Origin: Chrysomallon squamiferum
Lineage: Eukaryota > Animalia > Mollusca
Length of the DNA: 64,000 nt
Assembly: GCA_012295275.1 (NCBI GenBank)
Contig: CM022672.1
Coordinates: 30,070,001 to 30,134,000 of the forward strand
Reading direction: 5' to 3'
Below are positions 12,086 through 48,802 of this stretch, piece after piece. Below the pieces are notes generated by a model. It had not been told where the DNA came from. It did not search any database and saw only the letters and a list, made by a program, of their open reading frames with translations. Numbering within the stretch: position 1 is the first letter of the stretch; each line of letters opens with the position of its first letter. The position numbers were made by a program, and so were the translations under genes.

Positions 12086-12346
12086 CGTTACAATAAACTT
12101 TGAAATTTAATACCACATTACTTTTATGTTTCAGAAAACGTTTTTTATTGATATTAAAATTTATTTTAAATTTTGTTTTTATTCTTAAAGCTAGAAATTA
12201 GACGAGTTGCTATCCTAATTATGTACTTAATTACCTTGAAATTTGTAGGTGAATCTTTAAATCTCGCACCAGTATGCTTTTGTGCGAGATTTCAAGATTC
12301 AACTATATCTTAGTTTTTGTTTGTTTTGTTGTTTGTTGTTTTGGTG

Positions 12347-12416
<70 letters not shown>

Positions 12417-12440
12417 CGTTTTTGGTTTCTTAGATTATTG

Positions 12441-12496
<56 letters not shown>

Positions 12497-13444
12497 CGCT
12501 AAAAGATCATATGAAATACCATTGTTTGTTACATTATCAAGTTCTGAAATGGCTGACATTACCTGTTTATTATTAAAAATGGGCAGATAACGATTATCCA
12601 GCTTGTAAAGCATTTTATTCGTTTAATTTTATTCTGAGTAACGAAAACAACAAAACGTCTTCTCAACTTGGATTCCAGATTTTTTGGGCTTACGCAGTTT
12701 ACTAATGACGTAATCATAAACGCTTTACACCGTGTTATAAGTAATATTTTAATTTTTATATATAAAGTAATCACTATATTTTTGTATTTACCTGTGGTTT
12801 AACACTCAGTAGCCGATATGCTTCTTTTCGTGCTGGAAGGGTCGACAAACATTCATTCATTCCTTCATTCTAGTATGAGTTATTTCCCCTAAACTTAGCC
12901 AATTTACTTGAATTAATAATTTTTTCAAATAGCTGTTAAAATAATAATTATTATAATTACAATAATAATAATAAAGAGTTTTGCACATTATTAATTGTAA
13001 TTTACACGTATATATTATCCCTAATTATGTAAGTCATATTTAAAAAACAAAAACTCTGTTGACTCAGTAAGACACCTAACAAAATAGAACAAATGTGTGA
13101 AGATACGTGTATGTTTTTGTGCGTTTGTGTGTTTTGTATATAATACATATGTGCGTGTGTTTGTGTGTGTGTGTGTGAGTGTATGTGTGAGTGTGTGTAT
13201 ATGTGTGATTTCGTTAGTTAACATATTTAACTCACCTTTTCTTAAATAATCTTTTCTGACGTTTAGTAATTACACAGCAAACCTCTAGAATATCAGTCAC
13301 TGAACATTAACTCTAGAACAGTTAGTGATAGAGTTACTCATTTACAATATCTTATAAAATAAATATTTGTTAAACAAAAATCAAACAAATAAAAGTATTA
13401 AATAACAAAAAAAATATAGAGTAATAATAAAACCAAAAGTCAGC

Positions 13445-13516
13445 CTCCCCGGCGGGGAATTGAACCCCGGTCTCCCGCGTGACAGGCGGGGATACTCACC
13501 ACTATACTACCGAGGA
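13445..13516 (-). tRNA. tRNA-Asp(GTC), copy T8, intact
   Basis: 72-nt sequence identical to T1. Confidence 0.97.
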
Positions 13517-14070
13517 CGTTACAATAAACTTTGAAATTTAATAACACATTACTTTCATGTTTCAAAAACTATTTTTATTTATTATTGATATTAAAATTTA
13601 TATTATATTTTGTTTATAGTCCTGATGACAAATTACATGTGTTGCTACACTAATTACGTATTTAATAACTTTGAAATGTGTTGCTGAATCTTTAAATCTT
13701 GCACCATTAGTTAATGTCTTAGTTGTTGTTTGTTGTTTTGTGGGGGTTGTTTTTGTTTGTTTGTTTAGTTTTGCTTTTCTTTTGTTTTCTTTTGTTATTG
13801 GTTTCCTGGGCAATGTTGTTCGTTTTCCCATTATTATTATTATTATTAATATTATTATTTTTATTATTTTTTTTTTTTACGAAAGAAAAATCACATGAAA
13901 TACGATTGTTTGTTACATTTTCAAGTTCTGTAACAGCTGACATTCCCTGTATGCCGAAATGCTTATTTTTCGTTCTGCGGTTCGATAAACATTCATTCAT
14001 TCCTTCATTCTAGTATCAGTTACTTCCCTTAAACCTAAGTTTAATAATAAAAAAACAAATAATAAATAAG

Positions 14071-14105
<35 letters not shown>

Positions 14106-14579
14106 AAAATACATTGTTTACAAATTGGTGTTAAAATGATGATGATGATGATGATGGTGATGGTGATGTTGATGATGATATATTATATTATGTAATCATA
14201 TTTAAATGGCAACACGCTGATGACTCAGTAACACGCCTAACAAAGTAAAACAAATGTGTGTGCGTGCGTGAATGTTTAGGTACGTTTGTGTGTTTGTATA
14301 TGCGTTTGTGTGCATGTATATGTGTGTGTGTGTTTGTGTTGATTTCGTTAGTTAACATATGTAACTCACCTTTTCTTTTACATTTCTTTTCTGACGTTTA
14401 GTAATTACACAGCAAACCTCTAAAATCATCCGTCACAGAACATTAACTCTAGAACAGTTAGTAACAGTTACTCCTTTACATTATCTTATAAAATTAATAT
14501 TTATTAAAGAAAAAATCAAACAAATAAATGTGTAAAATAATAAAAAGAATATACTGTAATAATAAAACAAGAAGATATC

Positions 14580-14651
14580 CTCCCCGGCGGGGAATTGAAC
14601 CCCGGTCTCCCGCGTGACAGGCGGGGATACTGACCACTATACTACCGAGGA
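14580..14651 (-). tRNA. tRNA-Asp(GTC), copy T9, intact, D-loop variant G20C
   Basis: 72 nt. Plus strand reads GATACTGACCAC versus GATACTCACCAC in the other copies. Confidence 0.95.
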
Positions 14652-15443
14652 CGTTACAAACAAGTTCTGAAATTTAATGTCACATGACAGTTGTTTTTTC
14701 ACGATTATTTCACTTGTGTTAATTGTAAATTTTATAGTTTTTGTTTATATTCTACTGGACAGACTGGACACACTGACTACTTACTGAATAATCTGAAAAT
14801 TTAAAACTGATACTTTAAATCTCGTAATCACGAAACAGTGACAGATTTGAATATTTCGACTGTGTATTGCGTTTAATTAGGTGACCCGTGTATAAATGAA
14901 ACATGCTGCTGACCGGTACTCAATAACACACGTTAGAAAAAATAATATTAATCTTAATATCACGTCTGTACTCTTGTTTTACCAGTACTAGCTTGTCAAA
15001 GACTGTCTGTATATGTTTATGTTTGTGTGTGTCAAATCTACGCCCATCATCCACCTGTTATAATATACTTTAATAAAATACCACAATTTGAGAAATTAAA
15101 ATACTGCGCTTACAATTAAACTAACTATTCGACGAAGGCCGTGCTCTGTGGGGGGAAAAGATGACGTCAACAATTGACTGACGTCATTCATGGGTGCAGC
15201 TTTATAAGATGCGGTCGCAATTTTTGTTTCGTCTCAAAAAGATAAGTAAATAAATTAATTAATTGATTGATTAAGTAATACTAGAATTATTATATTTGAA
15301 ACGCCATTGAATATTACGTCTAGAAAAATTAGAAAAAGTTATCTCCATTACAATATCCCATAAAATTAATATTAAGACAAAAACAACCAATGTATTCAAT
15401 CATAAAAATTTTGAAAAAAAAAAAAAAAAAATGAAAATGTTTC

Positions 15444-15497
15444 CTCCCCGGTCTCCCGCGTGACAGGCGGGGATACTCACCACTATACTACTGAGGA
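15444..15497 (-). pseudogene. tRNA-Asp(GTC) copy T10 with the 18-nt T-arm deletion plus G6A
   Basis: 54 nt. Plus strand ends CTACTGAGGA rather than CTACCGAGGA. Confidence 0.9.
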
Positions 15498-15667
15498 CGT
15501 TACAATGAACACTGAAATTTAATAACACATTACTGTTTTAATGCTTATAACTATTTCAGTGATATTAATTGTTAATTATGTGGTTTTTAATCACATTCCA
15601 TTGGACAAAAATTATATTGATTACATATTGAATAATCTGAAAACAACATCCACAATAGCAATAAAGA

Positions 15668-15706
<39 letters not shown>

Positions 15707-15709
15707 CAC

Positions 15710-15755
<46 letters not shown>

Positions 15756-16810
15756 TTATTAATATTAAACATAATTAATGAATTAATAATGTAGAAACCT
15801 TCAAGAATAGGTTCTGTAATACCTTGCCAAGACAAAATTAAAACGGAAAACATAATAATTATTAAGAGAATCTGTGCAAAATTTCACAAAAGGCTGGGTA
15901 CTTAATACTATTCTTATTACAGTAGATTTTACAGTGATAAAGGATTTTGATAACATTTATTTGTTTTTAGTATTATTATTATTATTATTATTGTTGTTGT
16001 TGTTGTTGTTGTTACTGTTGCTGTAGTTGTTTATTGTTTTTGTTGTTGCTGCATTCTTATTTTTTATCTTTTATTGTTTGGGTTTCTTTTCGTTATACTT
16101 TTTTATCCTTTTATTTTTATTTTTATTTTATTTTTTGTTATATATATATATATTGAGAGTGAGACAGATGTAGAGAGAATGAAAGCTAACTGCACCTTAA
16201 TACAATACACGTTCTACTATTAGTCATGTATTTCCTGTATTTCCTATCATAATATATAATTTTTAAATCTATCCGAAATTTACGAGTTAAGCGTAATCAC
16301 AGTTATTAATGTTATCTAAAATTAACTCGTGAATCGAAACCTTAAAGAAGAAAATACTCCTCTTTTAATTACGATAACCTAGACCTTTGTCTTGAGTCCG
16401 TGGTAAGTACGTGAACATAAAACCAGTACTGAAAAGCAATGACAGACAGACAGACAGACGGATAGAGAGAGAAATAGGGAGACAGACAAACAAGAAGAAA
16501 GAGATGCGTAGAAAACACTCACACAGAAATAAAGAAAACTGACTATTTAAGGTAAACGTTTGTGTTTATAAATATGTACTGTATCTGATTGTTTATTCTT
16601 GTTTGGTAAACAATTTTTTTTTTATGTTAACGTTTTGGTAAAACAACAATACAGTCACGTGTAGATACATAAACATAAATAAATAAATTAATTAATTAAT
16701 AACAACAAAAACAATAAACACTTTAAAAAATACAAATGGTAAAAACAAAACGAAAACCCCAAAGACAACAACAGCAACAAAATGTTCCAGATAAATGAAA
16801 CAAAACAGCA

Positions 16811-16940
16811 AACATACACTAACACACATACACATACACTAACACACATACACATACACTAACACACATACACATACACTAACACACATACACATACACT
16901 AACACACATACACATACACTAACACACATACACATACACA
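16811..16940. repeat. 20-bp minisatellite (AACACACATACACATACACT) x about 6
   Basis: Direct tandem repetition visible in the sequence. Confidence 0.9.
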
Positions 16941-17084
16941 TACATACTCGTACATACACACATATACAGATGCATACATATATACAAAATAAAAAACACT
17001 CACTCTCACATTAAAAACACACGCACACGCACTCCTGCATACACACACATACACATACATCTATACATACACATACAAACTTGA

Positions 17085-19300
<2,216 letters not shown>

Positions 19301-20381
19301 CTTCTTAATGTTTGTTCTTGTTGTCGTAGACTTCGATCCTGCTGTCGCTCTATCTGTGTGTATTCTAAAAATTCAGACAAAGGATTCAGAACCTTTTACC
19401 ATGGATCTCAGACTATAGTTTAAAATATCAAAATTACAGTAAAACTCTTTTTTATTATTATTTTGGAGTAAATACATGTCTGTATTTGTTCATTATTAGT
19501 TGTTTTTACTTTTGTTTACTTTTTTATTTAGTTTTGTTATTTATTTATTTATTTTTTAATATATTATCTTTTCTAAAACTTACGTGTGTTATTATTATTA
19601 ATATTATTATAATCATCATCATCTTCTTCTTCATCATCGTCGTCGTTATCGTTGATGTTGTTGTGGCTTTTGTGGTTGCTGTGCTTGTTATTGTTGTCCT
19701 CCGCCTCCTCTTCATCATCATTATTGTAGTTATCATCATCATCATCATTATTTTCATCATCGTCGTTATCTTTGCTTTTGTTGTTGTTGCTTCTGGGGTT
19801 GTTGTTGTTGTTATTATCATCATAATCATTATTATCATTATTATTATTATTATCATCAGCAGCAGCATAATAAACATCATCAGCATTATTATTATTATCA
19901 GTTTCATCATCGTCGTTATCATTATCATCATTGTCATCATCATCATCATCGTTGTTGTTGTTGTTGTTGCCGTTATTATTCGATAAATCCTCAGTATATA
20001 TTACTGCACCACACACTCATTGTACAGACATAAATCTCATTATTCCTTTAAACACTGAACAAATGTATTCCTCAGTCGACTGTTTATATCTGCTATTTCA
20101 TTCCTGAAATATTGCCTAATCAAAATAATAAAATGTTTGTTCGTGCCAAAAGTATTTATTATTTTGATTAAGTAATATTTTAGGTATAAGATGGAATATT
20201 ATAGGATCGTTATTCAGAATTTAGAATTTCAAATTTGATTTTTTAGAAATTCTGATTTCGTTGTCTGAAGTAAATTACATTCTATTTGTTTATTACTATC
20301 TTTTTATTATTTTTATTTATTTATCTTTTAATTAATTTCAACCCTCCCTATTCCTAACATTTTTTGAAAATATACAGTAGC

Positions 20382-20416
<35 letters not shown>

Positions 20417-21483
20417 CAGTAGTAGTAGTAATAATAATAATAACAACGACTATAACAACGAATATAACAATAGTAATAATAATATTAACAATAACAATAA
20501 TAATAATAACAGTTACAAAAAAGACAATAATAATAATATACACAACATTAATTAATAATAAGAAGAAGAATAACAAAAACAATAATAATAAATAATAATA
20601 ATAATAATGGTGATAATAGTGATAGTAATAGCAGTAGCAGATGTAGCAGTACTAGTAGTAGTAGTAGAACTAGTGTCAGTAGTAGCAGCAGCAGCAGTAG
20701 CAGTAGCTGTTGTAGCAGTCGTGGTAGTACCAGCAGCATAACGAAAGAAGAAACGACTGGCTAATTTTGTTTTTGTCTTTCTGCCAGTTCGAAGCTCGTG
20801 ACGAAGTGCTTAATAAACGACACCATTGTTTGTCTTGGCCGCCTCTCCGAATGCAGAAATCCGTCGCTATTAAGTAGTCATTGATGGCGATCGCTTGATC
20901 CAGCAGCGCCACAAGTGGCCGAATGATGTCATCAAATGAGCAGAATCATACATAAACGACTTCAATTAGCCATCATTCAATTTTCATAGTCAACATTGTG
21001 CGTCGCGAGTGACGCTCCAAATGACCGTTTGCCGTGAGCTGGAACAATGCCGTCGTGGGAATCGCTTTCGCAGGCGACCCCGTGGCAGATGCAAGGAGAA
21101 AAGAAAGCTAAATGCGAGATCGATTGTGATGTGAAATATTCCTAGAAATCATTGTTGTGATTACTTTGTGCTTGGCGTTTTGTTAGAAATAAAAAGAAGA
21201 AAATGTCTTCTGTTTAAATAAAAAGAATTAAAAAAAAACGTAAATTTTTTTTTTTTTTTGGTCATGTTCTGATTTTGAGTTATGCTCAGAGACACGAACT
21301 ATGACTAAATGTGAATAGTATAAGTGAAGTATTAAAAGAAATTTATATGTCTTAAATTGCATTTAATTGTATTTGTATCTATGTTTACTTTCCATTTGGC
21401 TTGAAGATGGTAATTCGAGTTACAAGAATGCAATACATTTTGCTAATGTCATGTATGTATCAAGCGTATGTATGTGTGCGTGT

Positions 21484-21555
<72 letters not shown>

Positions 21556-21584
21556 TTATATAAACTGTAAATACTTATAAGGTA

Positions 21585-21656
<72 letters not shown>

Positions 21657-22587
21657 GAATGACATCATAAAGCTGCAGTATCTATGACCCGAATGACCCG
21701 TCATGTCTCGACTGCTCAACCACTGAACCGCACCCATTTCACATACACCACCCCACCCCACCCTCCGCTCCTTAAAACACACGAAAAGATGTTTATTTTT
21801 CTACAGCAATAATACGAAACACGAAATTCATAAACTCGATCGAGAAAATCAGTTTCTCGTGCGACATTAACTGGAAACTGCGTCAGAGCAAGGGTTAGGG
21901 TTACCGTTTAGTAAAATCCACCGCCATTCTAGGAGCACCAGCCGATCGATGGGACCCGAGATGGCTTTCATGTCTTTGGCATTTAAGGCGATGCTGATAA
22001 CGAATTATGCAAATTTCTTGGAAATCTCTTACGATACTTAATACCTTATTCAAATTACCTACAATTAGCTGGGGAGAAATCAATGGCCTCTATTTGCCGT
22101 TTCGTGATACGCGACCCGGTGTTGCTGATAATTTAATAACTGAAATAAAAATGTCCGAATTCGTTCCGTTTCATCTTGAGAAAACAGATTTCAAAATGAA
22201 ACTGTAAAGGATACGGAGCTCTCTGGAAATAAGAGACGTTGTTATTGTTGTCGTTGTTGTTGTTTTTGTTGTCATTATCATCATCATTATTATTATCTTC
22301 TTCATCTTCGGCATTACTGATAGTAATATTATCGTCATCATTATTTTTATCATCATCGTCATCATTATCATTGTTGTTGTTATGGTTATTATTCCTGTTG
22401 ACATGTTTACTGTTGGTGTTGGTGTTGGTGTTGGTGTTGTTATTGCTGTTTGTTGTTGTGTTTCAATAAGCTATCGCAAAATAAACGTCAGAAGAAATTA
22501 TTTACATCTGAGAAGCCGATATACGTCCAGAATTATCGTTCGCATACATAATAAAATAATAATTATGATATGATATGATCTGACATG

Positions 22588-23180
22588 AAAAAGAAACCTA
22601 GAAGATTGAAAAAAAAAAAAAAAGAAAAATCTACAACTATAAAGGGGACAAAATAAAATTAAAAGCAACGAACGGTTAACGAATGTCAAAGATATTTCTA
22701 TATTCATACAATGATAAAATATATATATATATATATTAATAAAAATAACGATTTTAAAAACTGTTTTATTTTTTTCTCTTTTTCTTTTATTTCCGTATTG
22801 AAAGAGAATATTATTTTTTTAGTGAAGTCTTTCACACAAAAATGCATATGCATATAAATGTAATATACGTACATACACACACATAGAACAACACACACAC
22901 ATACACACACTCACACATAAATGTGTTTATCCGCCTATATCCTTTTTGTCTTCAGAATTAAGGTTATCCCTATTTATTAAGGCTCTCCCTATTTATTTGT
23001 TCGTACGTGTATCACTTGGTGATTCTGTCAGTCTGTTTCTATATTTATTTTTCATTGTATGAATATAGAAATATCTTTGATATTCGTTAACCGTTCGTTG
23101 CTTTTAATTTTATTTTGTCACCTTTATAGCTGTAGATTTTTTTTTTTTTTTTTTTTTTTTCATTCTTTTAGGTTTCTTTT

Positions 23181-23181
<1 letters not shown>
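22588..23181. repeat. Long inverted repeat (arms of about 130 bp at 22588-22720 and 23046-23181; loop about 325 bp), MITE/foldback-like
   Basis: ORFs 22498..22707(-) and 23059..23283(+) translate almost identically (MNIEISL.FVNRSLLLILFC.LYSCRFF). The arms are reverse complements with few mismatches. Confidence 0.85.
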
Positions 23182-23217
<36 letters not shown>

Positions 23218-23575
23218 CGTTTCTTATTTTACGTTAAGTGGTTAAAAGAAAATAAATATTTTCAGAAGCTCTCTAAACGTTAAATTCAGTTTGTGTATAT
23301 TACCAGTCGAACGCCACAAAGCGGAACAAAGCCAGTCATGAAAGACGTCATTTTCTTTCCGAAATGACGTCACTTAGAAATGGTGTCTTACAAAAATACA
23401 AACCCGACAGAACAGAACACATCAGACTGACGAGTAGTAACAACATGAACCTGAAATATTTTACTTTAAAGCGTTAGACTTAAAAACAGTTTGTCCCAAG
23501 GGCTGATGGCAATTTATTTCTCTATCAATTTCGTAAAAGTATATCAAACGAAACGACTCTTTAATTTAAATAATA

Positions 23576-23620
<45 letters not shown>

Positions 23621-24071
23621 CTATATCAAACTCAATGAACGCAAGAAAGTTATATCCTTAAAAATCAGAATTTCTGCTACGAAGATAGCTGCAGTTGACG
23701 CTATGTTAGGCTCATAAAGCCTAACTACAAATCGAGTGTCGAATTTTGTTTTATTATTGATTTAACTTTTGAGCTATTTCCCGCTGCAACCAATGTCTTA
23801 CAATGAAACTGCCAGATGTTATACATTTATTTATTTATTTATTTATTTATTTGTTTGTTTGTTTGTTTGTTTGTTTGTTTGTTTGTTTTGTTTTGTTTTG
23901 TCTGTCTATTATCATTATTATCATCGACTTTATCGTTATTTTATTGTTGTTATTCATCTGTCTCTCTATTTTATTCTAATTTGTTTTATTTTATTTTCGT
24001 TATTTTCTTATACTGTTATTTATTTATTTACTTACTTATTTATTTATTTTTCTTTTATGATTATTATTATG

Positions 24072-24131
<60 letters not shown>

Positions 24132-24885
24132 TGTTTCTGTGTTTTTTTTTTGGTTGTTGTTGTTGTTGTTTTTGAGGGGATAAGATTTTTCCAGTTGCTT
24201 AAGGGATTGTTGTTTGTTTTTAATTCTAAATATTTTTTCTAAAATTATTTTATTTTTTTTTTTTTTTTTTTTACCTCAACCATATGGCTCTGTATTAGAA
24301 ATTCACTCGCCCTCTTTCCGCTTCACCGAGTCAGTCCCCAAGAACGTACTGCGTTCAGAACTCAATCGAATTCACCCAATAAAAACGATTCGTTAAACTT
24401 GTACTCGGTCCGTGCGGTCATTATTAGAAAAATTTGTCTCGATCGAATCTACAAATTCTTCTTTAATTATGTTATCTCTTCTCTCTGCTTTCAATTATTT
24501 AATAAATTGGCTTCCATTTTTTTCTCCCTCTCTCTCTCTCTCCTTATGTTTGTTTTTAAAATAGACGATGTAGTGTTAAGTGCAGCGGTAGTCGTTGAGT
24601 CGCTACCGAGCATGCGCGTCCTCTGAGGCCGCTTACATCATTTTTAGGCTGCTTAGATCATTGCGGTCACCATTACACTACAATGGTTATGCTAAAAATA
24701 AGTGTCAGTGACGTTGAATATTTTTTCTTTTCTTTTCTTTTCTTTTATTTTATTTTTTCTTGCTCTTTCTTCTTTTTATTCTAAGTTCTATTTTTGCAAC
24801 TGTTTACTAAATTAGTTTGGAAATATTTAGTGTGTCATTTATAGTAGAAGAAAGACAGGCGGAGACAGGGAGAATGCTATAATGT

Positions 24886-24975
<90 letters not shown>

Positions 24976-25889
24976 TTATACATTTGAGAAGAAATTTAAA
25001 ATAAACATACCTCTGGCATATTATAATGACAACAGTTATAGCATTAATAACAATAAGAACAATCCAAAAATATAACAATAAAGGTAACAGCAACAAAAAT
25101 AACAAATACGTTTTTCATGAAACATTAAATATTTATTTCTGCAAGAAAGAACAATAATTATACAATTGACGTTTACACATATACATCATACAGTGTTATG
25201 TATACATTATACAATGTGATGATATACAGAACACAATTCACAGATGATATTAACAATGATAATAAACATTATCTGCAGTGTTTAACTATATATATATATT
25301 TCTTTTACAAGAAAGCTTATAACATTATGCAAATTTACTGTTTTATTACGTAAATGTGAAACTGCATCTTTAACACACGGTCTCTAATGACTATAGGCAA
25401 TCCAACGATTAGTAAATGGGATTAGTACTAATCATTCTTTGTATGTTAAATTCTTTTCTCTATTTCGTTAACTGATTTTCAGTGAAGCAGGAACATTTGT
25501 TGAGAGAGATTTTTTGCTTTATTCGTTTGTTTGTGAGTGTTGTGTGTGTTGTTGTTGCTGTTGTTTGTCTGTGATAAATATATCAGATAAAGGTTTCTAC
25601 GTCTTTATTTATGTAACAGTACATTTCACACAAACTAATTTTTTAAAACAGGTATGTTTGCTAGATAACGTTATGGAATGATAAAACACTGTAAGAAGCA
25701 CAGCCATTTCTTAATACTGTTTCTGAAATAACATGATAAAATTAGTGAAATAACGTGAAACAATTTTTGGAATAACTTTATACTATCTGTCAAATAACAT
25801 CCTATTATAACTAAACAGATTTTGTGAAATAATAGTATTTGTACAATATTATTAATTTTGTTAAATAAGAAAAAAGTTTATAAAATAAT

Positions 25890-25927
<38 letters not shown>

Positions 25928-26640
25928 CAGTTAGTGAAATAGCATTACTTGTGAAATAAATCATTAATAAAAGTGCAACAACGTTAAAGTATTTGTGAAA
26001 TAATGAAACAGTATTTGTGAACTAACAAGTACTGTACGTGATGTTACAAAGTAATTAACAGTAAAGGTATACAACATGACGTAACAAAGCAGTGATGTCA
26101 TAACAAAACAATACTGTTAAAATGTATACAATTGATTTCAACATATTCCCTTCTGACGTAATAACATCGAGCTGTTTTTCGTTGTAACATATATTCTAAT
26201 TACACACATAATTGTTTCCATACCTACTGTGATATTTACAACTGAAAACACTATCATTCTACACTAAACTTCATCAAACTTCATCAAACTTCAACATACA
26301 TTATTTTCATATATTCTTCCGTTCAGAAATAGTAAATTTTGTTTCTTCTACACAACTAATATTCGTAAATCTGTATCTGATTTGGTATGAACTTTTAATA
26401 AACCACAATACTTATAAAATATGCTTTTGTTTACTTTGGTGACATTTTGTTAAGCCTTCAGCTTTTAGACGGGTGGGTAAAGAGTTTTTATCTTGGAACT
26501 CCTCCAATCACGAGGTAATTATTAAAGTACGTACTCTTTACTTTCTTAACATTTTTAACACACCTATAACATGTATGTTTGTATATGTATATACTTTTTC
26601 GGTAATTCCACGAATAGATTTTTTTTTTTTTTTTTTTTTA

Positions 26641-26672
<32 letters not shown>

Positions 26673-27141
26673 CGTCCATTTGTAGTTTGTATTCTTAAAC
26701 ATAAATCCATGAATTTGAAAAAAGTTCAGAAATATGTTTCCAATGCAATTTTACAGTTTTAAAAAACATCGTTAAAGGTAGTCGATCGAGAATGTTCTAA
26801 CATCTGTAAAGTGTTCAATCAGTTCTTCAATGTTGATGACGTCACAATCTGTAAATAAAAATATTGCTTAATATTAATGTTTACAAATGATGTTGAAAAT
26901 GTAGTCTGTCCTTGATTTTAATGACTGTAATATTTCTATCACATATACTTATTTTTCTTTTTGTCCCACAAACCAGTGTTTGATATCATTTTAATGTACT
27001 AAGCTCTTATCGCTTAGAAGAAATTCGGTATTTATAAATTATTTATGATATGACGTAACAAAGGAGTGTTGTCATACATAATAAGTCACTATGGGAACCG
27101 CACGTTTCTTTTTTCAAATTTTTTTTTTTTTTTTCTTTCTA

Positions 27142-27172
<31 letters not shown>

Positions 27173-27547
27173 TTTTTTTTTTCTTGCGGACTTCATTCAG
27201 TATTCAATAATACAACGACGAAATTGAAATGAAATAAATTAAATTCATCTCTTTACACTCATCCTTTGTTGTTAGTAAAGATAAACCTTTCTAACAAAAT
27301 AAATGATGGAAGCATTTTTTCATATCAAGAGCAATTATGTGTTAGTATCGTATGTGTACACTAAGAAAAAAAGAAAAATATAGTTAAACGAAATATATTT
27401 AATAAAATAAAATAATATTTTTTATCTTTATTTTCCAAAAATAAGGAAAAGTTAAAGACTTTAAATAATTCTATGATATCACAATAGTTACTTGTTATTT
27501 GATTTTTATTCCTATTATTATATCCTTATTTATGAAAATTAAAAAGC

Positions 27548-47711
<20,164 letters not shown>

Positions 47712-48769
47712 TATTCACAAACTCTGCTATATCCGAGAGCAATAAAATTAAATTCATGAGGAATCAAGCTGAATATCAACTTGTACTTTATTCTTTCGCC
47801 TGATTATCTTCGAACATGTCGTCTGCCAATGTGATTGTGCTCGCGCAGTCAATGAGGCATGCTGTAAAACAGACGGCAGGAGTTACCCGCCTTTTGTTAC
47901 CAGATAAATTCCTCCACACAACTTCAGCCGATCGTCCAACCAATGAGACGGTCGTTTCAGAATTGGCTGGTGCTCTAGTAAAAGGGCCGGAGTTACTACG
48001 CTGGCATGTCGTTAAGTAACGATGGCGTGATGTCTCATTCGAGAAGCTTTCGATGTAATCCAAACCGGAAAAATATTACAACGTAGTTGTTTCGGAAATT
48101 TGTTTCTAATTATGCGATCGATCGTTATTAGAGTAGATGAAAATGTATGAGAGGAAAGCAGAGGAGACGTTGTGTTAGATACTCCATTATTTGGCAGACA
48201 GAAAGACAATGGATATTAGAAATGACGTTAATAACTTTTATATAAATCGGTGACGAATTGCATAGCAACGGCCAGTCACTTATATTCGGTAATTTTTTTA
48301 TACTTATTCTGTTGCGTTACTTTCTTTTATTTTTATTTCTTTTATTTTCTTTTATTTTATTTTCCCGAATTTACTCTTCTTTTTTTTTTTTTTACCTTCT
48401 TTTTTTTTTAAATTATTTTTATGTAAAAAAAAAAAATAAATAAATAAAAAAAAGAAAAAAAGAAGAAAAAAGTAAAAGAAAAAAACTTTCAAATTTTACT
48501 TGTCTTTCTTCGGAAATTCGTTAACAAAAAAAAAAAAAATAATAATAATAATTGTGATAAATTCTAAGAATAATGAGTTAATCACTGGCAGAGTTGATAC
48601 ATATATCATTCTGTCATCATTTCCGCCAGAATCTTGGTGTTATCATCACAGAAAAACAGCAAACTGACTGCTGCCTTATTTTCTTCTTATTATTAACAAA
48701 ACCTAGAACAATCGGAACAATCCGTTTCAATTATATAACATATATTTAAACTGTGTATCACGCACGCAG

Positions 48770-48802
<33 letters not shown>

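Larger units (their letters stand above)
4532..15497 (-). repeat. Tandem tRNA-Asp gene array, 10 units, spacers about 0.8-1.4 kb, 4-unit higher-order structure
   Basis: Repeated tRNA cores with homologous spacers. The block at about 6000-9163 is nearly identical to about 11460-14631, with the same tRNA 3' flanks (AAACTAGTC, AAAGTCAGC, GAAGATATC) in the same order. Confidence 0.95.

Noticed and set aside
4774-14013. Recurrent short ORFs in the array spacers (MLYKLDNRYLPIF..., MGKRTTLPRKP...)
   Set aside because: They recur only because the spacers are duplicated, and their frames shift with microsatellite length.
4532-15497. Regularly spaced identical repeats resembling a CRISPR array or tRNA-derived SINEs
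   Set aside because: The repeats are full tRNA-Asp genes with homologous spacers of about 1 kb in a eukaryotic context. There are no unique short spacers, cas genes or SINE tails.
19486-20739. Long hydrophobic or Asn/Asp-rich ORFs
   Set aside because: Mixed trinucleotide low-complexity tracts (ATC/GTT/ATT/AGT), open in several frames on both strands.
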